From Minisyncoccia bacterium (GTDB lineage: Bacteria; Patescibacteriota; Minisyncoccia; Phycocordibacterales; PALSA-1337), in assembly GCA_044228445.1 (NCBI GenBank), contig JBGAUV010000001.1, forward strand, positions 316,495 to 371,444: DNA of 54,950 nt. Direction: 5' to 3'. This document shows positions 36,369 through 44,115 of this stretch, piece by piece (within the stretch, counting starts at the first letter, position 1; each line of letters begins with the position of its first letter). The notes under the pieces are model-generated. The model searched no databases. It was not told the DNA's origin and was given only the letters and a program-made list of their open reading frames with translations. A program made the position numbers and the translations under genes.

Positions 36369-36743
36369 CTATCTCACTTGTTTCCGTACAAGGAAACTCA
36401 TGTCTTTGGGTGACATCACCCAGACATTTGTGACACCATTTCCCCAATCAATCTTTCGACCATTTGGGTGCATGGTGATCGAGTTGGTGAAGTCACCAAT
36501 TGTGACCACTTTGGCAAACCAAGTGACATTTTCGCCCGAAGGCTTAATATCAAATGGTCCTCCAAAGGGATCGATCTCGATCCCATACCACTTCCCAGCT
36601 GAAGCTAGGAAGTTGGTGGTGAAGGTGGAGTGTTCTGTTACTCCTCCCTCCTTTTCCTCTTTACTCGATGAGGAGAGGTGGAATATTAGGTATATTCCTA
36701 GACCGATAATGAGACCGACAATTGCAAAGGATTTGGCTTTCAT
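36369..36743 (-). CDS. Small membrane-anchored hypothetical protein (cassette B, translationally coupled to the SPFH gene)
   Basis: 124 aa with an N-terminal TM helix. AGGAGG lies 9 nt upstream, inside the SPFH gene; ATGA start/stop overlap at 36740-36743. Confidence 0.65.
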   Translation of the reverse strand: MKAKSFAIVGLIIGLGIYLIFHLSSSSKEEKEGGVTEHSTFTTNFLASAGKWYGIEIDPFGGPFDIKPSGENVTWFAKVVTIGDFTNSITMHPNGRKIDWGNGVTNVWVMSPKDMSFLVRKQVR

Positions 36744-37816
36744 ACAACCCCGCCTCCTTTCTTACTTGCCTTTGCGTTCGTATCAGCATCAACGACCGTC
36801 ACTCCTCCATTGTTTTTAATGACTTGATATCTACCGTCATTGACGGCGGTCTCTTCGATTAGCTGAGCTCGAACCTTGGCAAAGAGCTCAACAAAGGACA
36901 TACCAGTTATGAGTTTTATATCACCAACCGGCTTGCCGTCAGTATCAAAGGTGATACCCATAGCTTTAATTCTTTCTCGAACTCTCTGATTCATGGTCTC
37001 TGCATCAGCAAGCTGTGTTGCTCGCTGAGCTTCCTCAATTGCTTTGCCGTTTCTAGCATCGCGCACCGCTTGAGGAGCGACGAGTGAGATAGAAAGTTTC
37101 CGAACATCTACTCCGAGATCAGAAAGAGTTACGGTGTCTTCAGAATCATTGTGTCTAGGTACACCCCTTTCAAGGATTTCTCTGACGCTTCTACTGACCT
37201 CGTCCGGGTTAGTCTCCATATACTTGGAGTCTTTCCCGGCAGCAATTGTTTTAAGGGACTGAATGACAGATCCTTTAATAATCTCCATTACCCCTTTCTT
37301 TTGTCCTGCTTTAACATAAGAAAGAACTTTTTCACCAGCAGTTCTTTCTTTGTCATCCTTTAGGTCGACAATGAAGCCGATCGTGACTCTCCCTCCGATT
37401 GTCACATCGTCTGAACAACGAATCTCCTGAGGAACATCAACTGTCTCCTCAAAATTTACGACTTCAATTTCGATAACTTCCACGATATCAAACCAATGAA
37501 GGTCTAGAATCATCGTGAGACCTTCGCTGATTGAGGTCGTAGGATTTCCGAAAAACGTGAGGAGGAAGATATTCTTCTTCTCATCCTTTGATGACGGAGT
37601 TTTAATACCTGCAAGCATCACCACCCCTGCAACGAAGGGGATGATACCGAAGAAGAAGTGACCCCGCATAAGAGTCACCAAACCGACAATGATGAGTATT
37701 CCAGTCACACACATCAATGTGCGACTGTATTCCTCATTCATTTTGTAGCAGAGCAATCCTGCTGCTACTAATACTACTGCAGGTAGCAGTAGTATTAATG
37801 TCCTGATTTCATCCAT
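36740..37816 (-). CDS. SPFH/Band-7 (stomatin/flotillin-like) domain membrane protein (cassette B)
   Basis: Three N-terminal TM helices, a beta-rich core, then DLGVDVRKLSISLVAPQAVRDARNGKAIEEAQRATQLADAET, typical of the SPFH C-terminal helix region. Confidence 0.65.
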   Translation of the reverse strand: MDEIRTLILLLPAVVLVAAGLLCYKMNEEYSRTLMCVTGILIIVGLVTLMRGHFFFGIIPFVAGVVMLAGIKTPSSKDEKKNIFLLTFFGNPTTSISEGLTMILDLHWFDIVEVIEIEVVNFEETVDVPQEIRCSDDVTIGGRVTIGFIVDLKDDKERTAGEKVLSYVKAGQKKGVMEIIKGSVIQSLKTIAAGKDSKYMETNPDEVSRSVREILERGVPRHNDSEDTVTLSDLGVDVRKLSISLVAPQAVRDARNGKAIEEAQRATQLADAETMNQRVRERIKAMGITFDTDGKPVGDIKLITGMSFVELFAKVRAQLIEETAVNDGRYQVIKNNGGVTVVDADTNAKASKKGGGVV

Positions 37817-37896
37817 AAATTTGCTAAGTTTTCAACTCCAAGCCTCATAATCTGCACACGCAGATGACTAATACTTGGTAACGTGATCTATAATAT

Positions 37897-37924
37897 ATTA
37901 TACATGAAAATACGGTATTGTCAA
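37897..37924 (-). promoter_or_regulatory. Consensus sigma70-type promoter for the SPFH mini-operon
   Basis: Minus strand TTGACA (37924-37919), 16-nt spacer, TATAAT (37902-37897). Confidence 0.6.
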
Positions 37925-37968
37925 GGTTAGTTTAGCTATAATATCCACAAAATAAGCCGTATTTTATT

Positions 37969-38001
37969 AAAAAAAGAAAAGAGCAGTTTGTTAGACTGCT
38001 C
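37969..38001 (-). terminator. Intrinsic terminator after 38021..38524
   Basis: Minus strand GAGCAGT-CTAACAA-ACTGCTC followed by TTTTCTTTTTTT. Confidence 0.7.
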
Positions 38002-38020
38002 GATTTTGCACCCTAGAATA

Positions 38021-38524
38021 CTAGGGTTTTTTCTTGACTGTAAACTTCACAGTCAATTCAGGACCAAGAGATCTTATCCTGATACCAGTAACTTTCTCGC
38101 TACTGGTGGGTTCAACCCAAATCGGGCTGTTTGTAGTGCCTACGTTATAGGCAGCAAGGTATTCGTGATATACACGACCATTGACCCACACCGTTGCGTG
38201 TATATCGGCAGTAGTCTTTTCAAAGACAATATCTTCGTATGGGCCGACTTTGTGTTGGGTGACTGAACCGACTTCAGATGATCCCAACATATTGGTAACA
38301 AGTGTTGGGATCGACCCGGTCCAGCGCATCCCTGAAAAATCAATCCTCGCTCCGTTTCCGAGATTAATCTCGGAGACGTTCATGTTTCCACCATTTACAA
38401 AAACGGTCATAGACCCACTTTGTCCGCCAGAGAGTCCGATTACACCATTTTTTGAGTTTGTATTTGGACCAGTAAAATCATTTGGTCCTTCATTATTTTT
38501 TTTTACTGATGCATCTGTTAACAT
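38021..38524 (-). CDS. Hypothetical protein (cassette B); possibly the C-terminal part of a gene split at an A9 run
   Basis: 167-aa GC-rich ORF with no signal peptide and no Shine-Dalgarno. Overlaps 38493..39038 by 32 nt in the +1 frame. Confidence 0.55.
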   Translation of the reverse strand: MLTDASVKKNNEGPNDFTGPNTNSKNGVIGLSGGQSGSMTVFVNGGNMNVSEINLGNGARIDFSGMRWTGSIPTLVTNMLGSSEVGSVTQHKVGPYEDIVFEKTTADIHATVWVNGRVYHEYLAAYNVGTTNSPIWVEPTSSEKVTGIRIRSLGPELTVKFTVKKKP

Positions 38525-39038
38525 TTACAGTCATGGAACCATTTGCATTTGGTCCGACTGCCGACAGTTTGGCCTGGTCCTGACCTTGCGAGATTGCAAG
38601 GGGAGGTGCTGTTGCTGGTGTTGAAGTGGTGCTGGCTTTATTAGCACCATCTCCTAATGCCAGATTCTCTGCCAGCTTTTTCCATTTCTGTATTTCTTTA
38701 TCCTTTTCATTGATTAACCCCGAATGCTCTGACCTAAGGTTACCATTTATCACCCCAAGTTTTGTTATCTCACTTTCGAGACTCTTCATTCTGTTGTTGT
38801 AAACAAAGTACCCGATAACAAGGATAACAACAATGAGAATTGACTCCAAGATGATGATAATCGTCTTGGTATTTTTGTACCACTTTTCGACCACCGGTCT
38901 TTCGGGAGTTTGAGGATTGACGAGAGCAGCGGGACTTTGTGCGGGGGCGGGACTTTGTGCGGGGGCGGGACTTTGTGCGGGGGCGGGACTTTGTGCGGGG
39001 GCGGGACTTTGTGCGGGGGCGGAATCTTGTGCGTTCAT
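38493..39038 (-). CDS. Single-pass membrane protein with an N-terminal (SPAPAQ)n repeat and a coiled coil (cassette B)
   Basis: 181 aa: repeat, TM helix (TIIIILESILIVVILVIGYFVY), heptad-like KSLESEITKLG...KEIQKWKKLAENL. The stop follows AAA AAA AAA directly. Confidence 0.6.
   Translation of the reverse strand: MNAQDSAPAQSPAPAQSPAPAQSPAPAQSPAPAQSPAALVNPQTPERPVVEKWYKNTKTIIIILESILIVVILVIGYFVYNNRMKSLESEITKLGVINGNLRSEHSGLINEKDKEIQKWKKLAENLALGDGANKASTTSTPATAPPLAISQGQDQAKLSAVGPNANGSMTVNVNRCISKKK
38931..39020. repeat. Five perfect tandem copies of an 18-bp unit (GGGACTTTGTGCGGGGGC)
   Basis: Units start at 38931, 38949, 38967, 38985 and 39003. A degenerate sixth copy lies at 39021-39033. In frame, encoding SPAPAQ on the minus strand. 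Confidence 0.95.
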
Positions 39039-39115
39039 TTTAAGTTATTTCGAATTGTTTTCCCGTATTTACGTATACACACGTATACTAATACAGGTGC
39101 TGTTTTCTATTCTAC

Positions 39116-39144
39116 ATAATAGCATTGTATTTGACATATGTCAA
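39116..39144 (-). promoter_or_regulatory. Promoter of 38493..39038, with its -35 inside a 14-bp palindrome
   Basis: Minus strand TTGACA (39144-39139), 17-nt spacer, TGc-TATTAT (-10 at 39121-39116). TTGACATATGTCAA spans 39131-39144. Confidence 0.5.
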
Positions 39145-39242
39145 AGATAGTAAATTTGTTAATTAAGTTAATGTGTATAAATAACTTATAAATAAAATAT
39201 TCACATGCTAAAATTAAATTAAATTAAAATTAAGAAATTTAA

Positions 39243-41261
39243 ATGACAAAAAAATATCACAGCAGACTTTGTAATAAATATAAATGGTATAAGAGTTTAC
39301 ATAACTATCCTCAAGCAAATTTATTAATGTGGTCAATATTTATATTTGTTTCAGTATTTACAGCAAATGCTTTTGTGGTATCTAGTAATTATCAGGTTTC
39401 AAGTGTTGGTGATGTTATAAATGATTTAAATAAAAGCGGAATGTCTGATCTTTTTGCTTCTACAACAAAGAAGGATTTATCAGTTGAAACTGCAAAAGCT
39501 ATCGGTAGACAGCAACAGGATAAGACAATAAAAAGATATAAAATTTCTGAAGGAAAAATTGACGTAATTAATAATCGTTCATCGCAAAATTCTCCAACGA
39601 TAATAATAGATCTTTTTGATGGACAAGTTATAACAGTTGATAGACTCAGAGTTGTTGAAAGAGGTGTTAATGACTTTACTTGGTTTGGTAAGGTAAGAGG
39701 AATACCAGATGGTCAAGTGATTTTATCGGTTACAAATGGTTATTTATCAGGATTAATCAGCTTTTCTGAACAAAATTCAAAAAAGAAATCAAGTTACAGT
39801 ATAGAACCAGTTGGAGAAAATCTTTATTCTCTTAGAGAAAATGATTTTAGTAATATTGCCGATGAACCAAGTTTGATAAATTCAAATATTTCTAAATCAG
39901 ATTTATCTTCAAATACAGTAGCTCAAACTACAACAAATATTTCAGGTGATACAGGAAGTAGTATTGATGTACTTGTACTTTACAGTAATCAATCAGCTGC
40001 AGCAACAGGTGCATATATGCAGTCACAGGCTCAATCAGCAATTGATGTTACAAATCAAGCTTATGCTAATAGCGGTTTACCAATAAGATTAAACTTAGTT
40101 CATGTTGATCAGATTTCATATAATGAAACAGGAGATTTTGTTGGAATGTTAAATGATATTACTTACGGAACAAATGGAGCACAAGTGGTCGCTCAATTAA
40201 GAAATACATATAAAGCTGATTTAGTTACTATGTTTGTTGAAAGTACTGCTTATTGTGGTATGGGTTGGGTAAATTCAAATGCTTCCCTTGGTTATACTGT
40301 AGTAAAGAGAACATGTGCATCTTCAAATTTTAGCTTAGCTCATGAAATTGGTCATAACATGGGTCTATTGCATGATCCAGCTACTGACTCTAGTTCATAT
40401 CCATATGCTTATGGACATGGTTATGTAGATCCTGGATGTCAATTTAGAACAATCATGGCTTATCCTAATTGTGGTTCTCCAAGAGTAGCATATTTTTCAA
40501 ATCCAAATATAACATACCCAGGTACAAATTCTGTTCTAGGTAATACTGATATTTCAAATAGCGTTAGAGTATTAAGTGAAAGAGCTGATACTGTATCAAA
40601 CTTTATTAATTCAAGTGGAACTATTACTTGTGTACATAAGAATCCAAGTTTAACAATAACTCCAAATGATCAGAATGGGAGTGCAGGACAGTCTTTAACT
40701 TATCAAGTAAAACTTATAAATAGTGATGATATTTCATGTCCTGCTTCATTATTTTCAATAAGTCCTAATTTACCTACTGTCTTGAGTCAAACTCCATCAT
40801 CATTTAATGTATCTTTGTCTCCTGGTGCTCAAAATACTCAATCATTTGTAATTACATCAAATGTTTCTACTCCTACTTCAGTAAATTCATTTACAGAAAC
40901 AGCAATAAATACTGGAGCTAGTTCGTATAGTTCATCAGCAAGTGCAAATTATACAATTCCTGCAGTTGATAATACTCCACCAATTGTAAGTATTACTAGT
41001 CCTACACAAGGTACTGTCTTACCAAAAAAAGGTAGTGGCAAAATAAATATTCAAGTAAGTGCAAGTGATACAAATAGCATATCAAATATCAATATTTCTA
41101 TTGATGGTGCAATATTGAAATCGTGTTCAATGGTGACCTCTTGTTCATATAGTTGGACTTATACAAAAGCAAGTGCAGGAATACATACGATTGGAGCTAC
41201 TGCAATTGATAATTCGCTTTCAAAGAATAAATCCACAACATCAATTACAGTTACTAAATAA
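39243..41261 (+). CDS. Secreted zinc metalloprotease (metzincin, reprolysin/M12B-like) with C-terminal Ig-like domains
   Basis: HEIGHNMGLLHD (HExxHxxGxxHD) zinc site, N-terminal signal anchor, C-terminal Ser/Thr-rich beta-domain repeats. Confidence 0.8.
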   Translation: MTKKYHSRLCNKYKWYKSLHNYPQANLLMWSIFIFVSVFTANAFVVSSNYQVSSVGDVINDLNKSGMSDLFASTTKKDLSVETAKAIGRQQQDKTIKRYKISEGKIDVINNRSSQNSPTIIIDLFDGQVITVDRLRVVERGVNDFTWFGKVRGIPDGQVILSVTNGYLSGLISFSEQNSKKKSSYSIEPVGENLYSLRENDFSNIADEPSLINSNISKSDLSSNTVAQTTTNISGDTGSSIDVLVLYSNQSAAATGAYMQSQAQSAIDVTNQAYANSGLPIRLNLVHVDQISYNETGDFVGMLNDITYGTNGAQVVAQLRNTYKADLVTMFVESTAYCGMGWVNSNASLGYTVVKRTCASSNFSLAHEIGHNMGLLHDPATDSSSYPYAYGHGYVDPGCQFRTIMAYPNCGSPRVAYFSNPNITYPGTNSVLGNTDISNSVRVLSERADTVSNFINSSGTITCVHKNPSLTITPNDQNGSAGQSLTYQVKLINSDDISCPASLFSISPNLPTVLSQTPSSFNVSLSPGAQNTQSFVITSNVSTPTSVNSFTETAINTGASSYSSSASANYTIPAVDNTPPIVSITSPTQGTVLPKKGSGKINIQVSASDTNSISNINISIDGAILKSCSMVTSCSYSWTYTKASAGIHTIGATAIDNSLSKNKSTTSITVTK

Positions 41262-41263
41262 AC

Positions 41264-41293
41264 AAAAAGACCGAACATGAGTTCGGTCTTTTT
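41264..41293. terminator. Bidirectional intrinsic terminator
   Basis: AAAA-AGACCGAAC-ATGA-GTTCGGTCT-TTTT. Confidence 0.8.
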
Positions 41294-41307
41294 GTAACTC
41301 TCAAATG

Positions 41308-41389
41308 TGCCGAGGAGAGGACTTGAACCTCCATGGGTTACCCCGCTTGCTCCTAAGGCAAGTGCGTCTGCCAATTTCGCCACCTCGGC
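41308..41389 (-). tRNA. tRNA-Leu: tRNA-Leu (anticodon TAG)
   Basis: Reverse complement: acceptor GCCGAGG/CCTCGGC, anticodon loop CTTAGGA, 13-nt variable arm, T arm GGAGG-TTCAAGT-CCTCT. Confidence 0.9.
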
Positions 41390-41440
41390 ATATAACTAAT
41401 ATAATACACTTTTTTATAAAATAAAATAGTGTAAATATTG

Positions 41441-41513
41441 TGCGCTTAGTAGGGATCGAACCTACGACCTTATCCTTAAGAGGGATCTGCTCTACCAGCT
41501 GAGCTATAAGCGC
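41441..41513 (-). tRNA. tRNA-Lys: tRNA-Lys (anticodon CTT)
   Basis: Reverse complement: acceptor GCGCTTA/TAAGCGC, D arm GCTC-AGCTGGTA-GAGC, anticodon loop CTCTTAA, T arm GTAGG-TTCGATC-CCTAC. Confidence 0.9.
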
Positions 41514-41559
41514 ATATTAATTTGTCAAAACCCAATTCTCAACTACATTTTACTCCTAG

Positions 41560-41586
41560 TCTACCAAAACAGCTATAAACGCATAT
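41560..41586 (-). repeat. Degenerate copy of the tRNA-Lys 5' end, 69 nt upstream of the gene
   Basis: Minus strand TATGCGTTTATAGCTGTTTTGGTAGA versus the real TATGCGCTTATAGCTCAGCTGGTAGA. Confidence 0.6.
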
Positions 41587-41655
41587 AAAACTGTACATTA
41601 AAATACAATGTACAATCTAACAGAAAACAAAGAAATAATCCATATCTATAATTTT

Positions 41656-41740
41656 TGGTGCCCGGGGTGGGAATCGAACCCACATGTCTTGCGACGGCAA
41701 ATTTTAAGTCTGCTGCGTATACCAATTTCGCCACCCGGGC
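41656..41740 (-). tRNA. tRNA-Leu: tRNA-Leu (anticodon TAA), CCA encoded
   Basis: Reverse complement: acceptor GCCCGGG/CCCGGGC, anticodon loop CTTAAAA, long variable arm, T arm GTGGG-TTCGATT-CCCAC, terminal ACCA. Confidence 0.9.
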
Positions 41741-41801
41741 ATTACAATACTATATAGTTATGCTATCATATATACATAATAGTTGTAAATTTATTAAACA
41801 T

Positions 41802-42071
41802 ATGTCAGATTCACAATTGGAACAGTTAAAAAGAGAACTACAATCACACCAAGCAGAACTTCGTGGCGCAGATTCTAAAATAAAAGATAAAGAAAGAGAA
41901 GTTGCTCATTTAAAACAAGAACTTTTGAGACATGAGACAGAACTAACTACACTTCACGGTATTGTTTCTAGTGCGCAGACAAAGATTAGTAGAACAAGTA
42001 ATGCCATAAGAACTCGTGAAGCTGCGATAAGGGCTCAAGAACAAGCTAAGAAGGCAGAAACTAAACACTAA
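41802..42071 (+). CDS. Small coiled-coil hypothetical protein
   Basis: 89 aa from ATG 41802 (MSDSQLEQLKRELQSHQAELRG...). The upstream part of track ORF 41655.. is just the antisense strand of tRNA-Leu. Confidence 0.4.
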   Translation: MSDSQLEQLKRELQSHQAELRGADSKIKDKEREVAHLKQELLRHETELTTLHGIVSSAQTKISRTSNAIRTREAAIRAQEQAKKAETKH

Positions 42072-42084
42072 TAAATAAGAATCT

Positions 42085-42161
42085 TGGAGGCGTAGACCGG
42101 GATCGAACCGGTGCATAACAGTTTTGCAGACTGTCGCGTTGACCAACTTCGCCACTACGCC
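42085..42161 (-). tRNA. tRNA-Cys: tRNA-Cys (anticodon GCA), CCA encoded
   Basis: Reverse complement: acceptor GGCGTAG/CTACGCC, anticodon loop CTGCAAA, T arm ACCGG-TTCGATC-CCGGT, U73 discriminator plus CCA. Confidence 0.9.
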
Positions 42162-42172
42162 ATATAGGTATT

Positions 42173-42499
42173 CTAACTATTCCTGCTCAATTCGTCTATC
42201 TTTTGTCTATTCTTTTCACCTTTATCAATTTCAAAATCAAAAAAGGGAATAGCACGCATTCTAACTTTATCTTTAAAATACTCTCTAAAATCTGCTCTCA
42301 TTCTCTTTGCAAAATCAAGAGCTGGTTTTTCTTTTTCAATAGGAAGTACAGTAAAGAATATCTTCGCAGTCTTTCCTCTATCAGAAAGACTGACATCAGT
42401 AATGGTAATCATAGAAACACGATTTGATTCACGAGACATAAAATCAGCCGCTACTTCTTTTATTGCTTGCTTTAATTTTTGATCTCTAATTTCACTCAT
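42173..42499 (-). CDS. rbfA: Ribosome-binding factor A
   Basis: 108 aa; VSMITITDVSLSDRGKTAKIFFTV is the RbfA KH-like core. Lies immediately downstream of infB. Confidence 0.85.
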   Translation of the reverse strand: MSEIRDQKLKQAIKEVAADFMSRESNRVSMITITDVSLSDRGKTAKIFFTVLPIEKEKPALDFAKRMRADFREYFKDKVRMRAIPFFDFEIDKGEKNRQKIDELSRNS

Positions 42500-42506
42500 A
42501 TAATTA

Positions 42507-44018
42507 TTATTTTTCTACAACTTTAAAACCTTGAATTCTATCACCTAAAGCTATTTCTATTTTTGATTCGACAAGTGTACCAAATTCATGACCAGTAGCT
42601 ACTTCACTAGTTTTAAGTTTTTTCTCTTGTAATTCTCTTATTTTTCCACGTCCTATTTCTACCTCTCTACGTATAATTTTTACTTCTGATCCTATCAATA
42701 TACTTCCTTCTTGGACTTTTGCTCCAAGTATTTGTTTATCCTTAACCTTGCTAAATAGCGCTAGTATTTTTGCTGTTCCTGTGGATTCTTCTACGTATTG
42801 TTTTGGAACATTGTTTACTACTGTATTTTTTATAAATTCAACGAGGTTGTATATGATATCAAAAGATTGAACCTTTATATTTGATCTTTCTATTATTCCA
42901 CTTGCTTTACTATCTGGTTTTGCATTAAAGCTCAGTATAGTGATTTTCGGATCACCTATAGCTGTTTTTACATCGCTTTCATTTATATTACCAATTCCAT
43001 CTGAAACGATCTTTATTTTTACTTTATCATTCTTTATCTTTGCAATTTCATTTCTTACAGCTTCGAGACTTCCAGTTGCATCAGCTTTTATTATAAATGG
43101 CACATAAATGATATTGTCGTCTTTTCTTTCAGGAGCAGTTTTTTTATTTAATTTTTCATTATTTATATTATCTATCACAAAAGCCTCTGCCTCTTTTTTT
43201 GAATCAAAGCTCTTAAACTCACTACCAACTAAAGGTATAGAGTCAAAACCTATAACTTTAACAGGACTTGAGAAACGTGCCTCTTTTATAGCTTTACCTC
43301 TATAGTCTTCAAATATTCTAACTGGAGAAATTGAACTTCCAGATACAACGTACATTCCTGACTTCAAGCTTCCATCTTGGATTAAAAGGGTAGCACTAAT
43401 ACCTTTTTTATTATCTAGTTCAGCTTCAATTACTATACCTGAAGCCATTTTTTCAGTATCAGACTTTTTATCATCCATATCAGAAATAAGCATAATCATA
43501 TCCAAAAGTTCAGGAATACCTTTTCCAGTCAGGGCAGATATAGGTACTACCGGTACGCTTCCACCATAACCTTCTACATAAATTTCATTTTCAGCAAGAC
43601 TTTGTTTTGTTCTTTCTATGTTTGCATCAGGTTTATCAATCTTATTTATTGCAACTATATATGGAACTTGCTCCTTTAAAATAGCTTTGAGTGCTTCTAT
43701 AGTCTGAGTTTTTACTCCATCTTCAGCTGAAACGACTAGTATAGCAATATCAGCAGATCTTGCTCCACGCTCACGAATGCCTGAGAATGCTTCATGCCCA
43801 GGTGTATCAAGAAATGTTATATTTGATTTTTCACCATTATCAAGAGTTCTCTCAACTTCATAAGCACCAAGGTGTTGAGTAATACCACCAGCTTCACCTG
43901 AAACTACATTTGATTTTCTAATATAATCAAGAAGTGTAGATTTTCCATGGTCAACGTGACCAAGTACTACTACAACTGGTGGCTTTTTTATGAGATTTTG
44001 ATTTTGGGATTTTGCCAT
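42507..44018 (-). CDS. infB: Translation initiation factor IF-2 (short form)
   Basis: [27 protein letters not shown] and NKID GTPase motifs, followed by IF-2 domains; 503 aa without the long N-terminal extension. Confidence 0.93.
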   Translation of the reverse strand: MAKSQNQNLIKKPPVVVVLGHVDHGKSTLLDYIRKSNVVSGEAGGITQHLGAYEVERTLDNGEKSNITFLDTPGHEAFSGIRERGARSADIAILVVSAEDGVKTQTIEALKAILKEQVPYIVAINKIDKPDANIERTKQSLAENEIYVEGYGGSVPVVPISALTGKGIPELLDMIMLISDMDDKKSDTEKMASGIVIEAELDNKKGISATLLIQDGSLKSGMYVVSGSSISPVRIFEDYRGKAIKEARFSSPVKVIGFDSIPLVGSEFKSFDSKKEAEAFVIDNINNEKLNKKTAPERKDDNIIYVPFIIKADATGSLEAVRNEIAKIKNDKVKIKIVSDGIGNINESDVKTAIGDPKITILSFNAKPDSKASGIIERSNIKVQSFDIIYNLVEFIKNTVVNNVPKQYVEESTGTAKILALFSKVKDKQILGAKVQEGSILIGSEVKIIRREVEIGRGKIRELQEKKLKTSEVATGHEFGTLVESKIEIALGDRIQGFKVVEK

Positions 44019-44115
44019 AATTTAGTATCGAAATTAGCCTTGACAATGTATCAAAAAAATAGGGATTTGGCTAGGGGGCATATTTCTGGTATCCTTTTTA
44101 TATTAAGTTATATAT

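Noticed and set aside
38931-39033. A possible CRISPR array, because of the perfect short tandem repeats
   Set aside because: The units are directly adjacent with no spacers and are only 18 bp long. They are in frame within a coding sequence (SPAPAQ repeats). No cas genes are present.
36321-39144. A prophage or integrative element carrying cassette B (and similarly A, C, D and E)
   Set aside because: There is no integrase, recombinase, transposase, capsid or terminase gene. I saw no flanking direct or inverted repeats at the boundaries. The only att-like repeat in the window, at tRNA-Glu, is not adjacent to any cassette.
41159-41383. A 74-aa minus-strand ORF in the track
   Set aside because: It overlaps tRNA-Leu(TAG); its N-terminus MAKLADALALGASGVTHGGSSP is the characteristic translation of a tRNA sequence. 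Likewise 5080..5292 overlaps tRNA-Arg, 41655..41801 is the antisense strand of tRNA-Leu(TAA), 41943..42155 overlaps tRNA-Cys, and 49103..49381 overlaps tRNA-Tyr.
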